Made by a program: the position numbers and the translations under genes. From contig OZ244905.1 of the NCBI GenBank assembly GCA_965221695.1, forward strand, positions 2,208,001 to 2,272,000: DNA of 64,000 bases, read 5' to 3'. Of this stretch, positions 9,625 to 18,427 are shown in pieces. The stretch is from Gammaproteobacteria bacterium (lineage in GTDB: Bacteria > Pseudomonadota > Gammaproteobacteria > Eutrophobiales > Eutrophobiaceae). Under the pieces are notes generated by a model. That model did no database searches, was not told where the DNA came from, and was given only the letters and a program-made list of their open reading frames with translations. Within the stretch, counting starts at the first letter, position 1. Each line of letters opens with the position of its first letter.

Positions 9625-11351
9625 CCCTGTCACTGCACGGTATGGGGGTTTCCAGGGGGATTGCCATAGGGCGCGCGCACATCATTGAGCGCGGCCGGCT
9701 AGACATTCCAGAATACCATATTGCAACAGATCAGACAGAAATGGAAACCCGGCGTCTAGTTGACGCAGTATCCCTCGCCAAACAGCAGTTGCGGGCAATC
9801 CGGGATCATATCCCTGCAGCCACTTCCCCGGATATTGCCCCCTTCATAGACACGCACTTGTTGATGCTTGATGATGCAGTCCTGACCCAAGAACCGTTGC
9901 GCCTGATCAGATCCGCTGGGCATAACGCAGAGTGGGCGCTGCAATTACAGCGTGACGCGTTGGCGCGTGTATTTGATGAAATGGAAGATCCTTATCTACG
10001 CACTCGCAAAAACGATATCGACCACGTGGTAAATCGAATTCAGAGGATACTGCTGAAACAAAAACCGTTGCGCCACGAAGAACCTGACAACCGCATGGGC
10101 GGGTATGTGTTGATCGCCGATGACCTGACGCCCGCCGATACAGTGCTGATGCAACATCACGGCATTCTCGCATTTGTGACGGAATTCGGCGGTCCGACAT
10201 CCCATACCGCGATCCTGGCCAGAAGTCTGAACATTCCCGCCATCGTCGGCCTGCGTAACGGTGGGCGACTGGCTCGAGAAGATGACATCGTCGTCGTAGA
10301 TGGCAATGCCGGCGTTATGCTGATTGACCCGGATGAACGCGGCCTTCGGCATTACCGGAAGCGGCAACAGCAAGACAGGGAATACTACGCCGGGCTGATC
10401 CGGTTGAAAGAGGCGCCGGCGAAGACCCTGGACAAGGTCCTGATCCGATTACAGGCAAATGTCGAATTGCCTCAGGATTTTGAGATCGTCAGGCAGGTGG
10501 GAGCCAGCGGAATTGGATTGTACCGCACCGAATTCCTGTATATGAACAGGGAAGGCCCTCCTGAAGAGGAAGAACACTACGAGACCTACCTGTCGGCGCT
10601 TGGCGCCGTGGAAGGATTACCGCTGACGATACGCACTGTGGACCTCGGCGCAGACAAACAGGTGGATGGCGGCAGGCAGGGAGGCGTCAATCAGGCGAAT
10701 CCAGCCTTGGGATTGCGTGCAGTGCGATTGTGCCTGAAGGAGCCGGCCTTATTCCGACCGCAATTGCGCGCGATCCTGCGGGCCTCCGCCCACGGCAGGA
10801 TCCGTTTGATGATCCCGATGCTTTCCAACATACAGGAAACCCGGCAAGTCCTGCAGATGATTGATGAGATCAAGACCGAGTTACTCAACCAGGGCGAAGA
10901 GTTTGACGAGGCGATTCCTGTAGGCGCCATGATCGAAGTGCCGGCAGCCGCCATTTGCGCGGACATCTTTTCCGGGCAACTGGATTTTCTGTCCATTGGC
11001 ACGAACGACCTGATCCAGTACACCATCGCCATCGATCGCGTGGACGATGAAGTAAGTTATCTCTACGAACCCCTGCATCCGGCGGTGCTGCGGCTGATAC
11101 GGATGACTATTGACGCCGGCGCCAAGGCGAACATCCCGGTCGCCATGTGTGGAGAAATGGCGGGGGATATCAAGTTTACCCAGTTGCTGCTTGGCCTGGG
11201 CTTGCGAGAGTTCAGTGTGCACCCGGCTTCTCTGCTGGAAGTTAAAAAAAATATTCTGGAGAGCAACTTGGCCACACTCGACAGCGTCGCAGAGCGCGCT
11301 TTACAGGCCAGCACAGCCGCAGACGTAGAAAAGCTACTGGAACAAATGTGA
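9621..11351 (+). CDS. ptsI: PEP-protein phosphotransferase (Enzyme I, no GAF domain)
   Basis: TSHTAILAR, GLYRTEF, NPALGLRA, SIGTNDL, MCGEMAG. Confidence 0.96.
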   Translation: MTLSLHGMGVSRGIAIGRAHIIERGRLDIPEYHIATDQTEMETRRLVDAVSLAKQQLRAIRDHIPAATSPDIAPFIDTHLLMLDDAVLTQEPLRLIRSAGHNAEWALQLQRDALARVFDEMEDPYLRTRKNDIDHVVNRIQRILLKQKPLRHEEPDNRMGGYVLIADDLTPADTVLMQHHGILAFVTEFGGPTSHTAILARSLNIPAIVGLRNGGRLAREDDIVVVDGNAGVMLIDPDERGLRHYRKRQQQDREYYAGLIRLKEAPAKTLDKVLIRLQANVELPQDFEIVRQVGASGIGLYRTEFLYMNREGPPEEEEHYETYLSALGAVEGLPLTIRTVDLGADKQVDGGRQGGVNQANPALGLRAVRLCLKEPALFRPQLRAILRASAHGRIRLMIPMLSNIQETRQVLQMIDEIKTELLNQGEEFDEAIPVGAMIEVPAAAICADIFSGQLDFLSIGTNDLIQYTIAIDRVDDEVSYLYEPLHPAVLRLIRMTIDAGAKANIPVAMCGEMAGDIKFTQLLLGLGLREFSVHPASLLEVKKNILESNLATLDSVAERALQASTAADVEKLLEQM

Positions 11352-11382
11352 GTTTAATCCGTCTGGTGTAATATCGGGAACC

Positions 11383-12717
11383 ATGCGAGAGTTAACCCAA
11401 GAAGAAGCGCTGTTTCAGTGTCTGGAGGAAGGAAATTTTGACCAAGTCAGGTCAATGCTGGAACCTTTCCATCCCTCCGAGATAGCCGACCTGCTGGAGA
11501 GTCTGCCCGGGCGCCACCGGAAAACGCTTTGGGAACTCATTGATCCGGAAGTCGAAGGCGATGTGCTGACTGAGGTCCAGGATGTGGTGCGTGCCGGTCT
11601 GCTGGAACGGATGCAGCCCCGGGAAGTGGCGGAGGTGACCCAGGGACTGGATACGGATGACGCCGCGGACATATTGCAGGACCTGCCTGAGGAATTGGTG
11701 GACAGCGTCCTGTTGTCCATGGATGCGCAGAACCGCGAACGGATCGCTTCGCTGCTATCCTACCCGGAAGATACCGCGGGCGGTCTGATGGATACGGATG
11801 TGGTATGGGTGCGCGCGGACGTGTCCCTGGATGTGGTCGCCCGTTATCTTCGGCAACTGGGCGAGCTCCCGGATCATACCGATAGTCTGATTGTCGTGGA
11901 TCGGGAAAACTGTTACCTGGGCGCGCTGCTGTTGGCGGATGTGCTGGTAAACAACTCGGAAGACAGTGTCGGCGAACACATGTCTGAAGCTGTCGGTATT
12001 CCCGCGGACATGCCGGCGGAAGACGTCGCTCGGCTGTTCGAGCAACGCGACCTGATCTCCGCGGCAGTGCTGGATGAAAACGGGAAATTGCTCGGCAGGA
12101 TTACTGTTGATGACGTCCTGGATGTGATCCAGGAACAGGCGGAACAAACCATGCGCAACATGGCCGGCCTGGGCGAAGACGACCTGTTTGCCTCGGTCCT
12201 GCTCAGCGCCCGCCGCCGCGCTGTCTGGTTGGGCATCAGCCTGCTCAGCGTGTTTCTCGCTGCCTGGGTGATCGGCCGTTTCGAGGCCACCATCCACGAG
12301 CTGGTGGCGCTGGCCATACTCATGCCCATCGTTGCCGGCATGGGCGGCAGCGCCGGCAGCCAGGCGCTGACCGTCTCGGTGCGCGGCCTGGCGCTGGGCC
12401 AGATTTCCAGGCAGAACGCCCGATCACTGATTGTCAAGGAATGCGCAGTCGGGTTATTCAACGGCGCGCTATGGGCCTTGGTGGTCGGATTGGTCGCCAC
12501 ATTCTGGTTCAGCAACCAGGGCCTGGGGCTGATCATAGGGCTGGCGATGATCATCAACCTGATCTGCGCGGCGCTGGCAGGCTCGATGATTCCGCTGGTG
12601 CTGAAAAAATTCGGGGTCGACCCGGCCATCGCCGGCGGGGTGATGCTGAGTACCGTGACCGACGTGGTAGGTTTCATGACCTTCCTGGGTCTGGCCACTA
12701 TCTTTCTGTTGCCCTAA
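11383..12717 (+). CDS. mgtE: Magnesium transporter MgtE
   Basis: YPEDTAGGLM, CBS pair, GRITVDD, DPA..TVTDVVG. Confidence 0.95.
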   Translation: MRELTQEEALFQCLEEGNFDQVRSMLEPFHPSEIADLLESLPGRHRKTLWELIDPEVEGDVLTEVQDVVRAGLLERMQPREVAEVTQGLDTDDAADILQDLPEELVDSVLLSMDAQNRERIASLLSYPEDTAGGLMDTDVVWVRADVSLDVVARYLRQLGELPDHTDSLIVVDRENCYLGALLLADVLVNNSEDSVGEHMSEAVGIPADMPAEDVARLFEQRDLISAAVLDENGKLLGRITVDDVLDVIQEQAEQTMRNMAGLGEDDLFASVLLSARRRAVWLGISLLSVFLAAWVIGRFEATIHELVALAILMPIVAGMGGSAGSQALTVSVRGLALGQISRQNARSLIVKECAVGLFNGALWALVVGLVATFWFSNQGLGLIIGLAMIINLICAALAGSMIPLVLKKFGVDPAIAGGVMLSTVTDVVGFMTFLGLATIFLLP

Positions 12718-12834
12718 TCCTTTGTAAAAAATTCCGGGTATTGCTTTGTTGTGGGCAATCGTGGCAGTATTCATCGTGAATGCCTGTGATCAGGACCGCC
12801 TGCAGCGCGGTCCAAACAACCCTGGTGAACCCGA

Positions 12835-13755
12835 ATGAAACATATCCCACTCTCGCGGCGCCAATTCATCACCCATACCTGTGCCGCGCCCGTTGCGCTC
12901 GCTGTTATGCCCCGAATGTTGTCTGCGAACAGCGGTGACGTGATCAAGCGCGTTATCCCGTCCAGCGGCGAGGGACTCTCGATCATGGGAATGGGCACTT
13001 ACAGTACTTTTTCCGAGGCCACGCCGATGCAGCAGCTTGGCGAGGTGTTGCAGGTGTTTTTCGACCAGGGCGGTCAAATGATCGATTCGTCGCCGATGTA
13101 CGGCCCGGCGGAGGGTATCGTCGGCGAACTGCTGAAAACCACGCAAAATACCACGGGGCTGTTTGCGGCCACAAAAGTCTGGACCGACGGATGCCAAGCG
13201 GGCATCGACCAGATGAACGAGTCCATGGAGCTGATGGGGGCGCCGACCATGGACCTGATGCAGATCCACAACCTGCGCGACTGGAAAGTCCACCTCAAGA
13301 CCCTGAAGGAGTGGAAGGAGCAGGGGCGCGTCCGTTACCTGGGCATTACCACCTCGCACGGCCGTTTTCACGAGGAACTGGAAGCCATTATGAAAACGGA
13401 GCCGCTGGATTTCGTCCAACTGACTTACAACGCCGCCAACAGGGCCACGGATGCGCGCTTGCTGCCGTTGGCCCGGGACAGGGGCATCGCCACGATCATC
13501 AATCGCCCCTACCAGGGGGGGAGCCTGTTCAGAAAGGTCAAGGGAAAACCCCTACCGGACTGGGCGGGTGAGATCGATTGCGCAAGCTGGGGGCAGTTCT
13601 TCCTCAAATTCATTGCCGGCCATCCGGCCGTGACCTGCATCATTCCGGCCACCTCCAAGGTCAAACACATGCGGGACAATATGGCCGCCGGCAAGGGCCG
13701 GACACCGGATGCGGCGCAACGCCGGCGCATGATCGACTATTTGGAGGCGTTGTAA
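12835..13755 (+). CDS. Aldo/keto reductase with Tat signal
   Basis: SRRQFI twin-arginine motif; DSSPMYG, ATKV, DLMQIHNL, IPATSKVKH. Confidence 0.88.
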   Translation: MKHIPLSRRQFITHTCAAPVALAVMPRMLSANSGDVIKRVIPSSGEGLSIMGMGTYSTFSEATPMQQLGEVLQVFFDQGGQMIDSSPMYGPAEGIVGELLKTTQNTTGLFAATKVWTDGCQAGIDQMNESMELMGAPTMDLMQIHNLRDWKVHLKTLKEWKEQGRVRYLGITTSHGRFHEELEAIMKTEPLDFVQLTYNAANRATDARLLPLARDRGIATIINRPYQGGSLFRKVKGKPLPDWAGEIDCASWGQFFLKFIAGHPAVTCIIPATSKVKHMRDNMAAGKGRTPDAAQRRRMIDYLEAL

Positions 13756-13883
13756 TCCTTCAACCCGGCTGACCCTCGTGCGGTCTGGCGGCGGAAGGAC
13801 TTTCCAAAATAAACGTGCTTGAAGCGCCGGATGCGGCGTTTCGGGCGCGATTCAGTGCCAGTAAAAACGAACAAATCATGTTT

Positions 13884-13936
13884 AATCAATATGTTACAAT
13901 TTATTGTTGACAATATTTCTCATGTTGTAGTATGCT
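13884..13936 (+). promoter_or_regulatory. IHF site and sigma70-like promoter upstream of autotransporter
   Basis: AATCAATATGTTA fits WATCAANNNNTTR; TTGACA (13907) with TATGCT 18 bp downstream; AT-rich context. Confidence 0.5.
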
Positions 13937-13970
13937 TATATGACTATCATTGGCGTGGTGTGTGTAAATT

Positions 13971-16900
13971 ATGTTGCCAAAAGCGCTTTCCTCGAAAAGT
14001 GTGGCGACTCGGTTTTCGGCTAAGAGCAGCCATACCGAGCGCAACGCCGGACAGACTGAAGGCCCGATGCCGCATCAGGCAGCGTTGGCGCCGTTGGGTC
14101 AACGGCACGAATCTTTCAATCGCTGCCGGAATGCGGGCTTTCAAATCGAGTACGCGCGCGGTTCGTCTCGGCGCGGGATCAAGCGCCTCCTGATTCTTGT
14201 GATTTGCCTGGCAGTCGGTCTGCCGTCACCGGCGCGGGCGGCGGCGCCGGTAGTGGCTGATGCTATCGCGGACCAGACGCTGGCCCAGGGCGCCAGCATG
14301 GCGGTGGATATTTCCTCGGTGTTCAACGACCCGGACGGCGACACGCTGACTTATACGGTGTCTACGAGCGCGGCAAACACGGCCAAGGTGTCGCTGTCGG
14401 GGACGACGTTGACAGTGGAGGCGCAGGGTGTCACGGCGACGGCGACCGTGACGGTGGCGGCGGCGGATCCGGGCGGGCAGTCGGTTTCGGATTCGTTCAA
14501 CGTCACGGTCGTCCGCAGAACCCGGACAACTGCGCCGTCGAATGTGCGCCTCACGGCCGGTGATGACCTGCCCCAACTCACGGTATCCTGGGACTGGGTT
14601 GACGACACCGGCGGGATATGCCTGCTCACCGGAAGCCGATCGGCTTTCGAGGTTGAGTACAAGAAATCGACGGAACCGGAATTTCTGCAAGCCTATAGAG
14701 GGCTTCAGAACAACGCTGATCGTGGCACGTTCGAGCTGTGGGGCAACGGCGCGCTGAGACAGTTCGTCATCAAGGAGGGAGCCATAGGAAACAGGAGCGA
14801 GCAGACCGGGGTCGCGCTAGACCGCGTCTTATACGATGTTCGGGTTCAGGCCTATAGCGAGCCTTGTGAAAACGGCCGGTTACTCGAACCCAATAGTGTC
14901 TATAGCGAAACGGTAAGCGCGACACTCAACCGTGCGCCGGCGGTGGCCAACGGCATCGCCGATCAGACGGTGAGCATGGGGTCGGCGGTGACGGTGGAGT
15001 TGGAAGCGACCGGCAGCGACGTGTTTGCGGATGCCGATGGCGATGCGCTGTCATATGAAGCAAGTTCGGACGACCTGTCGAAGGTGACTGTGTCGCTGTC
15101 GGGCTCAACCGTGACCTTGACGGGGGTTACGGTGGGGACCGCGACGGTGACGGTGACGGCTGCCGACGGTAAGGACGGCCAGGTCTCCGACGAGTTTACC
15201 GTCACGGTGACGCCACCCCCACCGTTGCCAAACAGGCTGCCGTTCCTGCTCACACCGGTCGGCGATCAGACGCTGGAGGTGAATGAGAGTCGGACACTGG
15301 CGTTTTCGGATATATTTGACGATCCGGACCAGGATGTGCTGATCTACTCGGCGGCAACAGATGAATCCTCTGTTGTCGCAGTGAGTATGGACGATGCGGC
15401 AGCTCGCTTGACCTTGACCGGTATGTCGGTTGGCGCGGCAGATGTGACTGTGACCGCGTCTGACGGGCGCGGTGGCACGGCAAGCGACCAGTTCACGGTA
15501 ACGGTAGAGCAGCCGAACGAGACGCCGACCGAGACGCCGAAAGAGGCGTTGAATCATGCGCCGGAAGTGGCGGCGCCGCTGTCTGACCAGACACTTGACG
15601 TGGCGCAGACCCGGCAGCTTGATCTGAGCGCTGTGTTCACCGATGCGGACGGTGATGAGTTGACATGTACGGTTGAGTCCGCCGATACCTCCGTTGTCAC
15701 GGTGGCGTTGGCAGGCGCTACCCTGACACTGTCCGGCGCGTCAGCCGGCGCAACGGCTGTGACGGTGACCGCGTCTGACGGACATGGGGCCACGGCGGAT
15801 GACACCTTCAGAGTGACGGTGGTGGCGTTGAATCATGCGCCGGCAGTGGCGACGCCGTTGTCTGACCAGGCGCTTGAGTTAGCGCAGACCCGGCAGGTTG
15901 ATATTAGCGCCGCGTTCACCGATGCGGATGATGATGCGTTGAACTATACAGCTACGTTGGGTGATGAGTCTATCGCCACCGCGACGCTGGTGAATGCCGC
16001 CCTGACCCTGACCGGCGCCGGAGTCGGAGAGACAATGGTGACCGTGACCGCAACCGATGGAACAGGCGGCGCAGCAAGCGATGACTTCATGTTGGTCGTC
16101 ACCGCGCCGGCTATTGCGATTGATACCCCGCAGGTGGCCGGGGTACATGAGGCGTTGCTGCCGCAGCTTACATTGGCCATCGCCGGTCGCACGACACAAG
16201 CGCTTGGCGACCGCATCCGATCGGCGCGCGCCGCCGCATATTCTGGACCTGCCAACGCATCGGCGCGCGGAAGCGCGACTGATTCACGGCCGGCCGAACC
16301 TGAGCTGTTGTCGATTAATTCAGCATTTTCGTCATTGCCCGACAGCGTTGCGCCAGGGCGCGACCCGCGGACTTTCACGCTGCCGTTGATAGGCCTGATG
16401 CCAGGAGCTGGCCAGGCTGGCGGAGAGGTTTTGTTGTCTGCGGCTGGCGTGCAGTTGGTACAGGCAGATGCTGCGCTCGGGCGCGCCCCGGGGACTGTTA
16501 TGCTGCCGTTGTTGCGCGTGATGCAGGAGCCTGGCCAGGTTGGCGCAAAAGGTTTGCAGCCGGCGCCCGGCCGGCAGTTGCTCGCTGCAGCAGAGCAAGA
16601 CGGCATTGGATATGCTTCGCTGCCGGTTGCCGGCTTTGAGGTCTTCGATGCGCCGCGCGGCTGGGACGCCCAGCAGTTGCTGACGCTACGGCAGTTGCTG
16701 AGACGGGGTCTGAATGATCTGTCGTTTGCGTTGCCGCTGAGTAGCCTGGCCGGGTCGGAGGGCGGCTCCGTGGGGCAGACGTTGACCCTGTGGGGTGAAG
16801 GCGGGTACACCGACTTGTCGGCTCGGGGCGACCGTTTGGTGGACTGGGACGGCGAGATGGCAAGCGCGCACCTGGGGATAGACGGATGGTTGCGCGAGGG

Positions 16901-17912
16901 ACTGTTGCTGGGAGCAGCGTTGTCGAGGACGGAGGGCTGGTTTGACTATGTTGACCGGAGCGCCGGCGGCCGGCCACTCGCGGGCGAGTACGAGATCAGT
17001 CTGACAGGTGTTCACCCCTATGCGGACTGGGCGGTCGCGGACGGACTGAATGCCTGGGGGGCATTGAGTTATGGGCTGGGGGACGTGACCCTGAAGGTGG
17101 ATGAGGAAGAGTACCGGGAGGAGAAGGATGTGGACTTGTATGGGTTCTCAGCGGGGATGGTCGGTTCTTTGTATCGCGGGGACGCATGGTCGACCGCGGT
17201 AAAGGCGGAGGTCACGTACGCAGGGTTGTCTGTAGAAGAATTTTCGGATGCGGAGGTATACCGCCTGCGCGCGATTCTGGAAGGCGTTCACCGCGTGCGC
17301 GGCGCCGCGGGTGAATTTGAACAGTTTGTTGAGTTGGGGGCGCGGGTAGACGGTGGCGATGTGGTATCCGGGGCGGGGCTGGATGTTGCCGGCGGCCTGG
17401 GCTGGTCAAACGAGACCGGATGGCGTGTGCAGTTACGCGGGTCCGGGCTGGTGGCGAATGAGGATTACCGGGAATGGCAGGTAGGCGGAATGTTGGAGAA
17501 AACATACCGTGCGGACGGAACGGGGTGGATGTTGAAGTTGAGTCCGAATTACCGGCCGGCGAGGAGTTTTGGCGGTATGGAGGAGGGTACGCGGCGGTTA
17601 TGGGAGGCAAACGTGGCGGGGTTGGCGCGTGACGCGAACGGCGACGAACTGGGCGGTTACCGCTTGAGCGCCGAGGCGGAGTTGGGGTATGGGCTGATTG
17701 TCGGGAACCAGTTGTGGACCTTGTACACCCAGGGCACGGGCCTGGGCGAGGGGGCAGGTCGTTTTGCGGTGGGCGCGGAGACGACCGGCCGGCTGGGAGA
17801 AGAGACGTTGTTGAAGGTGGGTTTTGAGGGGGCGCGCGAGTCGTCCAAGCATCTGTCAGCAGAGCACATGCTGTGGATGTACCTGGAGCTGGGTTATTGG
17901 GGATATTGGTAG
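13971..17912 (+). CDS. Autotransporter-like adhesin with five cadherin/Ig-like repeats, an FN3-like insert and a C-terminal beta-barrel
   Basis: Signal-like LLILVICLAVGLPSPARA; repeats N[RH]APxV..DQT..F.D.D.D.L; barrel strands LWGEGGY, HLGID, HPYADW; exact start uncertain. Confidence 0.8.
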   Translation: MLPKALSSKSVATRFSAKSSHTERNAGQTEGPMPHQAALAPLGQRHESFNRCRNAGFQIEYARGSSRRGIKRLLILVICLAVGLPSPARAAAPVVADAIADQTLAQGASMAVDISSVFNDPDGDTLTYTVSTSAANTAKVSLSGTTLTVEAQGVTATATVTVAAADPGGQSVSDSFNVTVVRRTRTTAPSNVRLTAGDDLPQLTVSWDWVDDTGGICLLTGSRSAFEVEYKKSTEPEFLQAYRGLQNNADRGTFELWGNGALRQFVIKEGAIGNRSEQTGVALDRVLYDVRVQAYSEPCENGRLLEPNSVYSETVSATLNRAPAVANGIADQTVSMGSAVTVELEATGSDVFADADGDALSYEASSDDLSKVTVSLSGSTVTLTGVTVGTATVTVTAADGKDGQVSDEFTVTVTPPPPLPNRLPFLLTPVGDQTLEVNESRTLAFSDIFDDPDQDVLIYSAATDESSVVAVSMDDAAARLTLTGMSVGAADVTVTASDGRGGTASDQFTVTVEQPNETPTETPKEALNHAPEVAAPLSDQTLDVAQTRQLDLSAVFTDADGDELTCTVESADTSVVTVALAGATLTLSGASAGATAVTVTASDGHGATADDTFRVTVVALNHAPAVATPLSDQALELAQTRQVDISAAFTDADDDALNYTATLGDESIATATLVNAALTLTGAGVGETMVTVTATDGTGGAASDDFMLVVTAPAIAIDTPQVAGVHEALLPQLTLAIAGRTTQALGDRIRSARAAAYSGPANASARGSATDSRPAEPELLSINSAFSSLPDSVAPGRDPRTFTLPLIGLMPGAGQAGGEVLLSAAGVQLVQADAALGRAPGTVMLPLLRVMQEPGQVGAKGLQPAPGRQLLAAAEQDGIGYASLPVAGFEVFDAPRGWDAQQLLTLRQLLRRGLNDLSFALPLSSLAGSEGGSVGQTLTLWGEGGYTDLSARGDRLVDWDGEMASAHLGIDGWLREGLLLGAALSRTEGWFDYVDRSAGGRPLAGEYEISLTGVHPYADWAVADGLNAWGALSYGLGDVTLKVDEEEYREEKDVDLYGFSAGMVGSLYRGDAWSTAVKAEVTYAGLSVEEFSDAEVYRLRAILEGVHRVRGAAGEFEQFVELGARVDGGDVVSGAGLDVAGGLGWSNETGWRVQLRGSGLVANEDYREWQVGGMLEKTYRADGTGWMLKLSPNYRPARSFGGMEEGTRRLWEANVAGLARDANGDELGGYRLSAEAELGYGLIVGNQLWTLYTQGTGLGEGAGRFAVGAETTGRLGEETLLKVGFEGARESSKHLSAEHMLWMYLELGYWGYW

Positions 17913-17935
17913 AAGCCGGCTGCTGAAGAGACCGC

Positions 17936-18280
17936 TCACCAACTGAACAAGACCCACTGCGGGACCACAAAATCATCGTAGATTTCGCTCATCCGCGTTT
18001 CCATCTGACCGTCACCGTCACGATCCACCAGGTAATACGCAGGGCCTGCTGCAGGCGTGATTTTGGTCATGTAAAGCCGCCCATCAAGGCGGTACTCTTC
18101 AATGATAGCGTCATCCTTACGGATGATGGTCACCTGCGGTTCGATTGCCTGGCCGCTCTTTAACGGGTCCGGTATGGTCGGTGGTTCAGGCACCGGCGCA
18201 AGATCCTCTTCCGTATACTCCTCTTGGGCAGAAACGGCGATCAAGCTCGCGCAGAATAATAAAGAGATAAGATATTTCAT
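17936..18280 (-). CDS. DUF2782-like exported protein
   Basis: EPQVTI..IEEYR..YYLVD..PQWVLFSW; divergent from polA. Confidence 0.8.
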   Translation of the reverse strand: MKYLISLLFCASLIAVSAQEEYTEEDLAPVPEPPTIPDPLKSGQAIEPQVTIIRKDDAIIEEYRLDGRLYMTKITPAAGPAYYLVDRDGDGQMETRMSEIYDDFVVPQWVLFSW

Positions 18281-18427
18281 CGGTAGTATTCGTTTTGTTC
18301 CCTCAAATCATAGCCCAAGATGAAAAAAAGTACAGCGAATATTGGCAAGGTTCAATCTGTGTTTCATAATATGGCTTGAAGGAACCGCTGACCCTGTCAG
18401 GGTTTTCCGATATTATTTTGCTCGCCT

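Noticed and set aside
13825-13850. Enterobacterial REP-like gccggatgcggcg
   Set aside because: Single partial match without a complete palindrome
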